Below, one piece after another: positions 35,771-44,725 of a DNA stretch of 64,000 nucleotides. The position numbers and the translations under genes are program-made. Below the pieces are notes generated by a model, which saw only the letters and a program-made list of their open reading frames with translations, was not told where the DNA came from and made no database searches. The DNA lies in the sequence record NC_031126.1; one strand, 5' to 3'. How positions within the stretch are numbered: the stretch's first letter is position 1; each line of letters starts with the position of its first letter.

Positions 35771-36595
35771 ATGCAACGTGCAATTTTAAAATGGGTAGGT
35801 GGTAAGAGTCGTGTGCTACCTACCCTTAAAAAAATCCTACCTGAGGGCGATTGCCTGGTAGAACCGTTTGTTGGTAGTGGTTCGGTCTTCCTGAATACCG
35901 ATTATGCTCAGTATCGTTTGTCGGATTCTAATCCAGACTTGGTACTGGTGCTTAAAGTGGCCTCAGAAGCTCCTGATGACCTTATTGAAGCTTGCGAAGA
36001 GCTATGGGGTATGGGATTCGATGAAGACACCTACGCCACACTGAAGGCTAAATTCAATGACCGTAAAAACATCACTATCGAAGACAGCATCGATCGTGCT
36101 GCGTTGTTCATTTACCTTAACCGTCATGGCTATAATGGCCTGTGTCGCTATAATGGAAGTGGGGGTTATAATGTCCCACACGGTAAACCAGAGTCTGCAC
36201 CATATTTGCCGCGTGCTGAGATTCAAGCATTCTGGAAGAAGTGTTCCGAGTGTGAAGTGATTATTACGTGTCAGGACTTCACCGAAGCACTGACGAACTT
36301 ACCAAAAAATGCGGTGGTCTATTGTGACCCACCATACATTCCCCGCTCTAAAACAGCAGCTTTCGCACAGTACCACAAAAGCCCGTTCGGCCAACAACAG
36401 CATCGTGTTTTGGCCAGGCTGTTAAAAACCGCCCACAAAGACGGCGCTAAAGTTGTGCTGTCGAACTCGGATACGTTGTTGACTAAAGACATCTATTACG
36501 GGTTTGATTGGCAGACGGTTGTGGTAGGTCGTTACGTGGGGGCAAAAGCTGACAAGCGTGGGAAGGTTAACGAACTTATCGGGATTCTGAAATGA
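35771..36595 (+). CDS. dam: DNA adenine methyltransferase (Dam family)
   Basis: LKWVGGKSR, LVEPFVGSGSVFL, FIYLNRHGYNGLCRYN..G.YNVP.G, VVYCDPPY. Confidence 0.95.
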   Translation: MQRAILKWVGGKSRVLPTLKKILPEGDCLVEPFVGSGSVFLNTDYAQYRLSDSNPDLVLVLKVASEAPDDLIEACEELWGMGFDEDTYATLKAKFNDRKNITIEDSIDRAALFIYLNRHGYNGLCRYNGSGGYNVPHGKPESAPYLPRAEIQAFWKKCSECEVIITCQDFTEALTNLPKNAVVYCDPPYIPRSKTAAFAQYHKSPFGQQQHRVLARLLKTAHKDGAKVVLSNSDTLLTKDIYYGFDWQTVVVGRYVGAKADKRGKVNELIGILK

Positions 36596-37395
36596 AACTG
36601 GTTCAATACCAAATTGATAACGACCAGATGGCTGTGCAGTTTAACGGCAAGATGGCGCGTATTGATAAAGTCTGGAACGCCCTCTCGCAGTTTAGAGGTG
36701 GGTTGTGTGACCATACCGAGCACTACATGATCCTTTCGAATAGTGACCGGGTGCTGATGTACTTCAACGGCACGCGCAGTGGTCGTCATTTTTATATTCA
36801 AGGGCTCAGCCCACTGTCTGACCAAACATTCAAGCAGTGGAAAGCACTACAGCGTGAATTAGAGGTCAGTTATCTGGAACTGATTGCGGGTGCCGACGGT
36901 GGGAGCGTACGTTCGCAGTTTGAGGCGATGGGCTTGAAGTTTGTAACGAAGCGTGTTGTCTTCACTATCACTGACCCAGACGCGGTTACGTTCCCAACGT
37001 GTGGTATTCAACTGCAAGACAACAGTTCGCTTGAAGAGATTGCGGCCTTGTGTGAACTTGCCAAGAAAAAGTTGGCAGGTGCAGAGGACATTCTGTCTAG
37101 TGCAGCCGTGGGCGCGGTGAGTGTACAGATGCGGTTCACGGGTAACATCTTAACCAGCGCTATGTTCTACAGCGAAGTAGGTACTGAGATGTTAGTCAGC
37201 GAGGCTTTCGTGTCTGTGTACCCGACGGGGAGCACTGAATACGCAGAGGAGTTCATCGAACACTTCCGTGGGATGTTGGGTCGTTGTGCAACAGAGAATA
37301 AGCACTACTCTATTGCATTGGCGGCAGAAGCCAAGATTCCTGAATACGAAGGCATTGAACACGAGGTGCGGTCTCACCATTATACCTTCGCCTAG
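36592..37395 (+). CDS. degenerate tandem GNAT-like protein
   Basis: 267 aa; mid-protein RSQFEAMGLKFV resembles a GNAT terminal motif; no R/Q-x-x-G-x-G motif; ATGA overlap with dam. Confidence 0.45.
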   Translation: MKLVQYQIDNDQMAVQFNGKMARIDKVWNALSQFRGGLCDHTEHYMILSNSDRVLMYFNGTRSGRHFYIQGLSPLSDQTFKQWKALQRELEVSYLELIAGADGGSVRSQFEAMGLKFVTKRVVFTITDPDAVTFPTCGIQLQDNSSLEEIAALCELAKKKLAGAEDILSSAAVGAVSVQMRFTGNILTSAMFYSEVGTEMLVSEAFVSVYPTGSTEYAEEFIEHFRGMLGRCATENKHYSIALAAEAKIPEYEGIEHEVRSHHYTFA

Positions 37396-37403
37396 GAGGC
37401 TGA

Positions 37404-38204
37404 ATGCAACAATTACGCCTGGTAGAAGAAACCGAATATCTCTCTAGCCGTGAATGGCTTATGAGGCATCGGATTGAACAATTTCAGCAACAGATAATCC
37501 GCTACAATCACGACGATGAAGATGACCGTTTTCGTTTAGTGAGTGTATTCGTTGGGGAAGTAAGGGCAATGGCCTTACTGTTACTCGACCGTGGGTTTAT
37601 GGTGGAACTGATGGGACTCAATACTAATCCTGAGATACCCGTCCCGAGTGTCACCAAACTGTTGCTGCGACATCTGGAACGTTCGCGAATCATTGTCTAC
37701 GCTCGTGAATACGAAGACCAGTATGTTGAGATGGGGTTACCTGTAGTGTCTATTAACTACGCCCGGCCCATCATTCCAGGACGTCGCGATAATAAACATT
37801 TCACCGCAAATGTTGCTTCATTATATCACGACAAAGAACAGTTCCGCATTTACGTCCGCGCTACTCTCGGTGATGACCCTGCGGTTGAATCGGTACTCAA
37901 CTCAAATGGGATGTTTTCTTTACTGATTACCGGAGAGGGCGAACAGGTCGCGGCCATTGTTAGTCGTGGTGAGAAACGGTGGGTGATGTCTGATCCCCAG
38001 GTTCTTCGTGTGTCAGGAAATAAACCGGCAACCGACGCGGTCTTTGGCCGCTTTGTCGAGTGCTTGATGGCCTGTTTACCGAAAGGAGATACCCTCGTGT
38101 ATTCTTCGACGATACAGGCAGCTAACAACCGGGTAACGTGGCTGATTATGAACAGCTTCGTCCCTGAAAGCTATTTGCACCATCGTGCCCTAAAGGAGAA
38201 TTGA
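37404..38204 (+). CDS. degenerate tandem GNAT-like protein
   Basis: 266 aa; QYVEMGLPV mid-protein and ANNRVTWLIMNSF at the end; no acetyl-CoA motif. Confidence 0.45.
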   Translation: MQQLRLVEETEYLSSREWLMRHRIEQFQQQIIRYNHDDEDDRFRLVSVFVGEVRAMALLLLDRGFMVELMGLNTNPEIPVPSVTKLLLRHLERSRIIVYAREYEDQYVEMGLPVVSINYARPIIPGRRDNKHFTANVASLYHDKEQFRIYVRATLGDDPAVESVLNSNGMFSLLITGEGEQVAAIVSRGEKRWVMSDPQVLRVSGNKPATDAVFGRFVECLMACLPKGDTLVYSSTIQAANNRVTWLIMNSFVPESYLHHRALKEN

Positions 38205-38962
38205 TGAGAGAGATTACCGAAGAGGTTGTTAATGCGACCTATCCTAAACCGCTTGGTCGTGGCTTATTGAAATGGCGTATTGATGACCTGGATGCGGAAC
38301 GCGCCGAAACTAAGCATATCGTAGAACTCGATAATGGCTCTATTGCTTATGTCCGCAAAATAGAAAACAGTGCGCTCGTGACCGATCTTGACCTGCTCTA
38401 CGGCTTGGAAGGGATTACGCTGGTAGGATTGCCTGAATGTTTGGGTGTCGAACATGTGTTCATGTACACCAGTAATCCAAACGATGCCATGCCCATCACT
38501 TTAGGGTTAGAGCTGCGTACCCAACGGATGCGTAAAGAAGGGGGTAATCCTATCGAATGCCCACCTGGATTCGACGTGGATGTTGTGCTCACGGAAAAAG
38601 AAATGACCGCTCTGCTGGAAATCGCTGACATCAGCCCAGGGATGCGCGTCGCCATCGGTGATATCGGGCGAGGTGATTCTTTCCTCTGTCGTCTGACCAG
38701 CACGCTCGGCGATGGGATTATGATAGTCGACCGTATGGAAGACGGCGGCATCGCCATGAATAGTTATAATGTTCAGGGTAGTCAAGACGCCATACGTTTG
38801 ATGGACGGTTTCGATTACCTGGTTTCGCAGTCCACGTACGGTTATTACAACTACGTACAGAACAATACGACTGAAGAACTACTGGCTGAATACATGGCCA
38901 ACAAAGGCTACAAAACCGTTAGTTCCGTTTATGCAATTTCCGCTACCCCTAAAGGAGAATAA
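38201..38962 (+). CDS. degenerate tandem GNAT-like protein
   Basis: 253 aa; PITLGLEL mid-protein and NNTTEELLAEYMANKGYK at the end; overlaps previous stop. Confidence 0.45.
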   Translation: MMREITEEVVNATYPKPLGRGLLKWRIDDLDAERAETKHIVELDNGSIAYVRKIENSALVTDLDLLYGLEGITLVGLPECLGVEHVFMYTSNPNDAMPITLGLELRTQRMRKEGGNPIECPPGFDVDVVLTEKEMTALLEIADISPGMRVAIGDIGRGDSFLCRLTSTLGDGIMIVDRMEDGGIAMNSYNVQGSQDAIRLMDGFDYLVSQSTYGYYNYVQNNTTEELLAEYMANKGYKTVSSVYAISATPKGE

Positions 38963-38963
38963 C

Positions 38964-39236
38964 ATGTCAATCAATCGTTCCGTATCTCGCTCTAAAGAAG
39001 TTGTGTACACTGTTGAAACCGGCGATGACATGGAGAAGTTCCATGGCGTGATTGATGAAGAGCATAAGCTCCTTATCGCGTATCCCGGTAAAGAAATGAC
39101 AAACCGTCGCCATGTTAATCTACTCGATAAACTCTTGGCTAAAGCCGCACATCGCGACGGCATTAAAGGCAGCCAGGTTCTTTATGGCAAAGTGCTGAAC
39201 CAGGAAGGCAAAGAGTTGGTTATCCATAACGCCTAA
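38964..39236 (+). CDS. small hypothetical protein
   Basis: Start re-assigned to ATG 38964 after aaaggag. Confidence 0.7.
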   Translation: MSINRSVSRSKEVVYTVETGDDMEKFHGVIDEEHKLLIAYPGKEMTNRRHVNLLDKLLAKAAHRDGIKGSQVLYGKVLNQEGKELVIHNA

Positions 39237-39278
39237 CTCGCGGTTATTCTATGAACCTTTAAAAGATGAGGAAAGGCG

Positions 39279-39767
39279 ATGGAAGTTATTGACTTCGAGC
39301 AGTTGCCTCAACATGACTTCGACCTTGACGTTCGTAGCGAAGAAAATGCTGATGCTAATTTGCTAATGAAGCGTTATTACTCGCTAATAACGGGTAGCGA
39401 AAGAGACGAGGTTAGCCTTGGCGATTTCGAGAAGGTGCTGGTCGGTCTGATTGAGACAAACGCTGCCCATGTGGCGTTGCTTAATGAGCTGAACTTCACC
39501 GGGGTTGAACCATCTGATGCGGCTATGATTCTGCGCGACAGTATCGTGCCAAGCGATGAGATTCTCGATAAGGTCGCGGCACTGCGCGGGCCGTTCGATG
39601 AAGCAGTGGAAGATTACGTAGAGCAACTCAAAGAGGCGAATCTGACTCTGTGTGCTCCGGTTGACCCTAATCCTACAGTAGAGCAGGAAGAGGAAGCCCG
39701 TAGTCGTCTTGCACGTTATGTCATTACCAGTGTACTGGTTGACGACCGTGAAGAAACCCAGCTCTAA
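39279..39767 (+). CDS. strongly acidic helical protein
   Basis: 162 aa; about 37 D/E versus about 13 K/R by hand count. Confidence 0.75.
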   Translation: MEVIDFEQLPQHDFDLDVRSEENADANLLMKRYYSLITGSERDEVSLGDFEKVLVGLIETNAAHVALLNELNFTGVEPSDAAMILRDSIVPSDEILDKVAALRGPFDEAVEDYVEQLKEANLTLCAPVDPNPTVEQEEEARSRLARYVITSVLVDDREETQL

Positions 39768-39772
39768 GAATA

Positions 39773-39805
39773 AGCCTATCCTTCGGGGTAGGCTTTCTTT
39801 TTTTA
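39773..39805 (+). terminator. intrinsic terminator (UUCG loop)
   Basis: agcctatcc-ttcg-gggtaggct followed by T tract. Confidence 0.8.
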
Positions 39806-39866
39806 TTTAAAAAACAGATGGGGTTATCTATATGTACAAACCCCCACCAATTAGAGGAATACAAGA

Positions 39867-40202
39867 ATGTGGCTTAGCGCTATTCACCGTGACCTGCCGA
39901 AAGTAGTTGACTTTGGAACGACCGTAACTGGCGACCCACACACTGACCCGGTACAGGTTGACGTTGGACTGGCTCGCTTCGACCGTATGGAAGAAGGCCA
40001 GTTCGTTGTCATGGACAATGACGACAATGAGTTCATGCTGTTCCACCCAGAGGTGGACGTGTCTGATATCAAAGACGGCGTATGGTTGGCATCCTGGCAG
40101 GATAAAGAAACCCAGAAGTGGATGTGGGCGGTTGCAGAATGCACCGCACCTGACTGCTTCACAATTTCGACTAAACACCATGTCGAACCCAAACCCCATT
40201 AA
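39867..40202 (+). CDS. hypothetical protein
   Basis: 111 aa; agagga RBS. Confidence 0.65.
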   Translation: MWLSAIHRDLPKVVDFGTTVTGDPHTDPVQVDVGLARFDRMEEGQFVVMDNDDNEFMLFHPEVDVSDIKDGVWLASWQDKETQKWMWAVAECTAPDCFTISTKHHVEPKPH

Positions 40203-40464
40203 TCTGGCGCACCGTCATTGGTTCATGCGCGGGATGGGTGCAGAGAAAGGCAGTGTGGTTGAGATGCGTGTTGACCGTATCCTGCCACGCCACGTTCGGC
40301 TTGTTAACATAATCGACGGTCGAAGTATCATGATGCCGATAGAAGCCTTTAACTTAATCCCAGCACCAGGGAGAACAGTGTCTATCTATCGTCGTGAGTG
40401 TATCATGACTGTCCCACTCGGCAGTAAGAACCGCCAGCCTATCCGAATTGATTCATTATCGTAA
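40180..40464 (+). CDS. small hypothetical protein
   Basis: Start re-assigned to ATG 40180 (MSNPNPIN...). Confidence 0.55.
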   Translation: MSNPNPINLAHRHWFMRGMGAEKGSVVEMRVDRILPRHVRLVNIIDGRSIMMPIEAFNLIPAPGRTVSIYRRECIMTVPLGSKNRQPIRIDSLS

Positions 40465-40471
40465 TTCTTTT

Positions 40472-40493
40472 CAGATAGATATTATTTAAGTGA
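40472..40493 (+). promoter_or_regulatory. putative early promoter
   Basis: cagatagatattatttaagtga. Confidence 0.7.
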
Positions 40494-40515
40494 GAGTACC
40501 TACTCTTGCCGGACT

Positions 40516-40557
40516 CGTCCTACCCTTAATCGGGTAGGACGTAGTTTTATATTTTTT
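40516..40557 (+). terminator. terminator-like hairpin just downstream of an early promoter
   Basis: cgtcctaccc-ttaatc-gggtaggacg, 10-bp stem followed by ttttatattttttc. Confidence 0.6.
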
Positions 40558-40572
40558 CGAGAGGAAGAATTC

Positions 40573-41025
40573 ATGTTCCAGAACTCCGTTGTGAGTGATT
40601 CTGATTTAACACAGTTTCGCGAACGTACCCAGTTGATGATTGACAACGGCGACTTGGCACGAAGCAAACTGAAAGACGTTATCATCGCCTTGCAAGAAGT
40701 GCCTGATATTGCAACCGTATGGTCGTGTGAAGGATTAGTTCGTGTTGAGAAAGGTCGACCCCGTACTCGACAGCCTCACTACTTAACGTTCGTTGTCAAT
40801 GAGAAAGGTCTTAAACTGTTGGAAGTGATTTGGCAGGTATGGCAAGCAGGCCCCGAAGGGAAGCGAATGTGCCTTACTTTACAACACCAGCAACACCAAA
40901 GTCGACCCACCGCTACTTATCCGGCGTGGACGTTTAAGCTGAATCGTAGGCCAGACGATGATGTCGTCGAGCAGGCTTGTGAGTATTGGTTGATGATGGC
41001 GAAAGTCATGTCAGCCCATTCGTGA
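40573..41025 (+). CDS. hypothetical protein with T-x-x-SC-x-G motif
   Basis: 150 aa; IATVWSCEG...HYLTF; gagga RBS. Confidence 0.7.
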   Translation: MFQNSVVSDSDLTQFRERTQLMIDNGDLARSKLKDVIIALQEVPDIATVWSCEGLVRVEKGRPRTRQPHYLTFVVNEKGLKLLEVIWQVWQAGPEGKRMCLTLQHQQHQSRPTATYPAWTFKLNRRPDDDVVEQACEYWLMMAKVMSAHS

Positions 41026-41027
41026 TT

Positions 41028-41051
41028 TTTACGTCAGCTATCAATCTAATG
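41028..41051 (+). promoter_or_regulatory. putative promoter TTTACGT-N13-AATG
   Basis: Variant of the bipartite motif upstream of the operon containing hslU. Confidence 0.45.
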
Positions 41052-41096
41052 TATACCAGTATAGTAACAGAACACCCCCTAAGGAGAATCTAAAGA

Positions 41097-41732
41097 ATGT
41101 CTAAGTCTAAGAAACCACGTAACAAAAAATATAACCCGAAAATGGCCCATATCGAAACTGCGCGTTTAGTTACTGAGAACGCCCTGAATCGTATTGCCTT
41201 TATTGGTGCGTCTAACCGCCGCTTACAGCCGTATGGCGGGCGTGGTTTCCAATACACCGTAGGTACCAAGGTTCGTGTTACAGTGAGCGCGGCATTGGCA
41301 GAAACCCTCTTTGAGGATGAACGCCATTGGAACCTTTGGATGTGTCATTACTCGAACAGCCCAGAGGGTGTACAGGCGCAATCCGCGTTACTGTCGCTTG
41401 ACGACTATACGCTAGGCGATTTTAACGAGCATATTCAAACCCTGGTGAACCATACCCGCCCAGAAGACATTTCCGATGAAGACTATATCGGTTTTGCTTT
41501 CTTCTGCGCACCAAACGACCGTTGGGATTTCTCTGGCCCGGCAGACGAACGTCTCATCGAAAACTTCATGGCTTCCGGTGTGCTGGAGAAAGAAACCCAT
41601 GTTCCGATGTCAGTCTGGCCAGTCGAGCGTGAAGAGCTTATCATTAAACTGATGGCCGATCACGGTAAATTTGACGTGGCGATGAAACTCCAGGAACGCG
41701 GCGAAGGTGAAGACTATAAACTGGTGAACTGA
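41097..41732 (+). CDS. hypothetical protein with basic N-terminus
   Basis: 211 aa; taaggag RBS. Confidence 0.8.
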   Translation: MSKSKKPRNKKYNPKMAHIETARLVTENALNRIAFIGASNRRLQPYGGRGFQYTVGTKVRVTVSAALAETLFEDERHWNLWMCHYSNSPEGVQAQSALLSLDDYTLGDFNEHIQTLVNHTRPEDISDEDYIGFAFFCAPNDRWDFSGPADERLIENFMASGVLEKETHVPMSVWPVEREELIIKLMADHGKFDVAMKLQERGEGEDYKLVN

Positions 41733-42280
41733 TGAACTTTTGGAAACGCTTTAAACAGCTATGGGTGAAAGAGCGCAAGATTGACTTCACACCCATCGAA
41801 AAAGCCGTTGAGGAATACTTCGACGCTGGGAATCACGATATCATCGCGTTAGCTGATTCAATGAATCTGACACCCCGCCAGCTGTATTTCATGATGTCCA
41901 CTGATAGATTGCGTTGTAACATTCTCCCGGCATTACCGGAGAAAGAGCGCAAAGAACTAACGTCGGAGATTTGTGCCCGTGTTTTCAGTTATAACCCGGT
42001 GTTATTCTCTTGCACTTTTCATGGAAAGCTGGAACCGTACGATTTGAATGAATTGGTCTCTAGACTCGACATGATACGAGCCAACACGTATGCCGTCGGG
42101 GAGCTGGATAAAATGCCGGAGGTTCACATCGATGAATTCACCACCCCGCAGGGAGAACGGGCGTGTTATATCACGTTTGTCTGCGAAGAGTTCGATAAAC
42201 TAATTGGTCGTGTTGTAGGCATGACCGACGTCCAACAAAACATGTTGATGGTGCACTATGGACAATCTAACCCCTGTTGA
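41732..42280 (+). CDS. hypothetical protein, possible HTH
   Basis: 182 aa; DIIALADSMNLTPRQLYFMM; TGATG coupling. Confidence 0.7.
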   Translation: MNFWKRFKQLWVKERKIDFTPIEKAVEEYFDAGNHDIIALADSMNLTPRQLYFMMSTDRLRCNILPALPEKERKELTSEICARVFSYNPVLFSCTFHGKLEPYDLNELVSRLDMIRANTYAVGELDKMPEVHIDEFTTPQGERACYITFVCEEFDKLIGRVVGMTDVQQNMLMVHYGQSNPC

Positions 42281-44000
42281 AATCGTCAAAGTCTTTGACC
42301 AGTTTGTCCACGGGCAGCATATGGCAAAGAAGATGTTGGCGATTGCACTACGCAACCGTTTTCGTGTAGCCTCTTTAGGTTTACGCGATCGGGGTAGCGT
42401 GAAGAAACAAAACCTCCTGCTAATTGGCCCGACGGGTTCGGGTAAGACGGCGTTGATGCGTGTTCTGCGTCAGCGTTTTGGTTTACCGGTGCTTGAGCTG
42501 GACATGACGGGCTTCTCTGAGACGGGTTACGTTGGACGCAACGTTAACACAATCGGTGCAGACTTATCGGAACTGGTAAAAGCCACCCCGTTGCCTGAGT
42601 GGTACGTAAAGCTACGTACCGGAATGGAACTGGAGAAAGACGAAGCGCGTTACACCCGACAAGAGTGGGATGCGCTCCAGCGCAAAGAATACGAAGCTGA
42701 GAAACACGAAGAAGACACGGAACGTCGTGTCATTCGTGAGGCCAAGCAAAAGCACACCCTGCAATTGCAAAGCATGGGCATTCTGCCCGACGATGCTGAG
42801 TATACACAAATTCAGCGTATCTTCTATCTCCGCGCTATGTTACTGGGTTACTCCAACATCCAGGGTATCCCGTACGATGACTTCGATATCCGAACACTGG
42901 AGTTGGCTCCTGGCCAAACAGTTCAAACCATAGTTCGCAAAGTGTTGAGTTTGCTGGAAGGCGTACTCGGAAGAGAAATCACCGGTATGTGCGACTTGGA
43001 TGCCGACACGATGGAAGACATGGATCTCGAATCGGCTATCGAAGAGAAGCCGGAGTTCATGGCGGACGTCATGGGCTTGATGGGTCTGGCAAACACGCTC
43101 GAGGTGTACATGGAGCGTGGGCTGGAGTTGATGGGCAGTAATCCGGTTGCGGCCTGTGTCTCTGGTGGGGATTGGTACGACGCGGCGTATACGCTTGACG
43201 GGGAGAAGCAAGACATTCCGCCGGGGATTCTCTGGAAGTACAGTGACTCTACCGGACACCTCCTGCACTGGATTTTCCAGATTGCGTTCGAGTACGAAGC
43301 GATGATGGATGAGTTCTGGTCAGTTGAAGACTTCACCCGATTCGCCGATGAGAAACTCTGGACGTTTGAAATCCCTAAAACGAAACCAGAGTTCACCAAT
43401 AAAACTGGTGTCATCAGCAAGAAGGATTTGCTGAAGGTGGACAACTGTAATGGGCGAGACTTCATTGAGAACTTCGCGGTAGTTTTCCTGGATGAATTCG
43501 ATAAGTTGGTTGAAGGTGACCGCTCGAATCATACGCAGGTATCCCGTAGCGGCGTTCAACGTAGTCTCCTGAAAATGGTTGAGGGAGGGTTATACGGTGC
43601 CATCGATACAACCAACGTGCTTTTTGTCGCTGCTGGGACGTTTGCTGAAGCGCCTCTTTCTAAACTCCTTCCAGAACTCCAAGGGCGTTTCCCGTTAAGG
43701 GCTAACTTAGAGCCGCTGGACAAAGAAGCCCTTGAAGCTATCTGTCGCCTGGACAGTAGTGACTTCCATGGCATGATTAAACTGCTGTCCTTAGAAGGTG
43801 TGAAGGTGTTGTTTGATAAAGACACCTACGCTTACATTGCGGAACAAACGATTGAAGCTAACCGGGAGAACAACCTAGGTGCCCGTCGTTTAGACGCAAT
43901 CGTAGAACGTATCTTCCAGGCTGCACTTTACGAACCGGAGAAATATCTTGAACACGGATACGACGTTACCGGAGCAACCCTCCGCAGAATTAGTGATTGA
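42258..44000 (+). CDS. hslU: HslU-like AAA+ ATPase with divergent I-domain
   Basis: GQ..AK..LAIALRNR.R, LLIGPTGSGKT, F.ETGYVG, VFLDEFDK, SRSGVQR.LL..VEG, LFVAAGTF, LLPELQGRFPLR, NLGARRL. Confidence 0.9.
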   Translation: MDNLTPVEIVKVFDQFVHGQHMAKKMLAIALRNRFRVASLGLRDRGSVKKQNLLLIGPTGSGKTALMRVLRQRFGLPVLELDMTGFSETGYVGRNVNTIGADLSELVKATPLPEWYVKLRTGMELEKDEARYTRQEWDALQRKEYEAEKHEEDTERRVIREAKQKHTLQLQSMGILPDDAEYTQIQRIFYLRAMLLGYSNIQGIPYDDFDIRTLELAPGQTVQTIVRKVLSLLEGVLGREITGMCDLDADTMEDMDLESAIEEKPEFMADVMGLMGLANTLEVYMERGLELMGSNPVAACVSGGDWYDAAYTLDGEKQDIPPGILWKYSDSTGHLLHWIFQIAFEYEAMMDEFWSVEDFTRFADEKLWTFEIPKTKPEFTNKTGVISKKDLLKVDNCNGRDFIENFAVVFLDEFDKLVEGDRSNHTQVSRSGVQRSLLKMVEGGLYGAIDTTNVLFVAAGTFAEAPLSKLLPELQGRFPLRANLEPLDKEALEAICRLDSSDFHGMIKLLSLEGVKVLFDKDTYAYIAEQTIEANRENNLGARRLDAIVERIFQAALYEPEKYLEHGYDVTGATLRRISD

Positions 44001-44724
44001 TTACGTTCTCGACGTAAAGGTTGAAGTTTCTGACAATGCTTGTGGTTCAACCCACACCAGAAAAGAAACGGTGTATGCTGAGGGCATTGTTTTCCAGATT
44101 CCGGAAAGTCAGTTGTCCCTCGGCTTTGAACCGCGGGTTATCTTCCAGCGATGGCAGCGTCAATCCGTAATGGTGGGAATGAGCCCGGTTACTGGCCCAG
44201 CACCGTATAACAATCCAACGGCATTGGAAAGTTATCGCCGCGTAAACATGAGTCAGGTCTGCGGTAAATTCCACGGCGGGTCGTTGTGCACATTCGACAG
44301 TAAGGTTGTACTGGAAACTAACTTCATTCCGGATGGCCCATACGGCGAACGGGTTCGTCGTTACATGAAGGTGGTGCCGCACATCACACTGCGTGCCCGT
44401 TGTTTGGTCGATGAAAATGGACGGTTAACAGGCGTTCCAGGTTGGGATATCGTCCTGCCGGATAACTGGCAGCTGGTTGGGCGAGAACGTCAGTCGACTT
44501 ACAATACACCTACGCACCCAGACTTCATTAAATCTCTCGGATTGATTCATGAGAAATGTAAAGAAGACGGTCTCGATTTCTCTCTCCATTACGAGGAAGG
44601 CTCCGATATGTGGAGTATCGGTATTCGTCCGATGGAGTATGAAAAACGGTTCATGACCGGTGACTGTGTATTATCAAACGCTGTAGAAGAAGCTTTAGAT
44701 CATTTAAATATCGTTGGGGATTAA
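43993..44724 (+). CDS. hypothetical protein
   Basis: Start re-assigned to GTG 43993, overlapping the hslU stop. Confidence 0.65.
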   Translation: MIDYVLDVKVEVSDNACGSTHTRKETVYAEGIVFQIPESQLSLGFEPRVIFQRWQRQSVMVGMSPVTGPAPYNNPTALESYRRVNMSQVCGKFHGGSLCTFDSKVVLETNFIPDGPYGERVRRYMKVVPHITLRARCLVDENGRLTGVPGWDIVLPDNWQLVGRERQSTYNTPTHPDFIKSLGLIHEKCKEDGLDFSLHYEEGSDMWSIGIRPMEYEKRFMTGDCVLSNAVEEALDHLNIVGD

Positions 44725-44725
44725 C

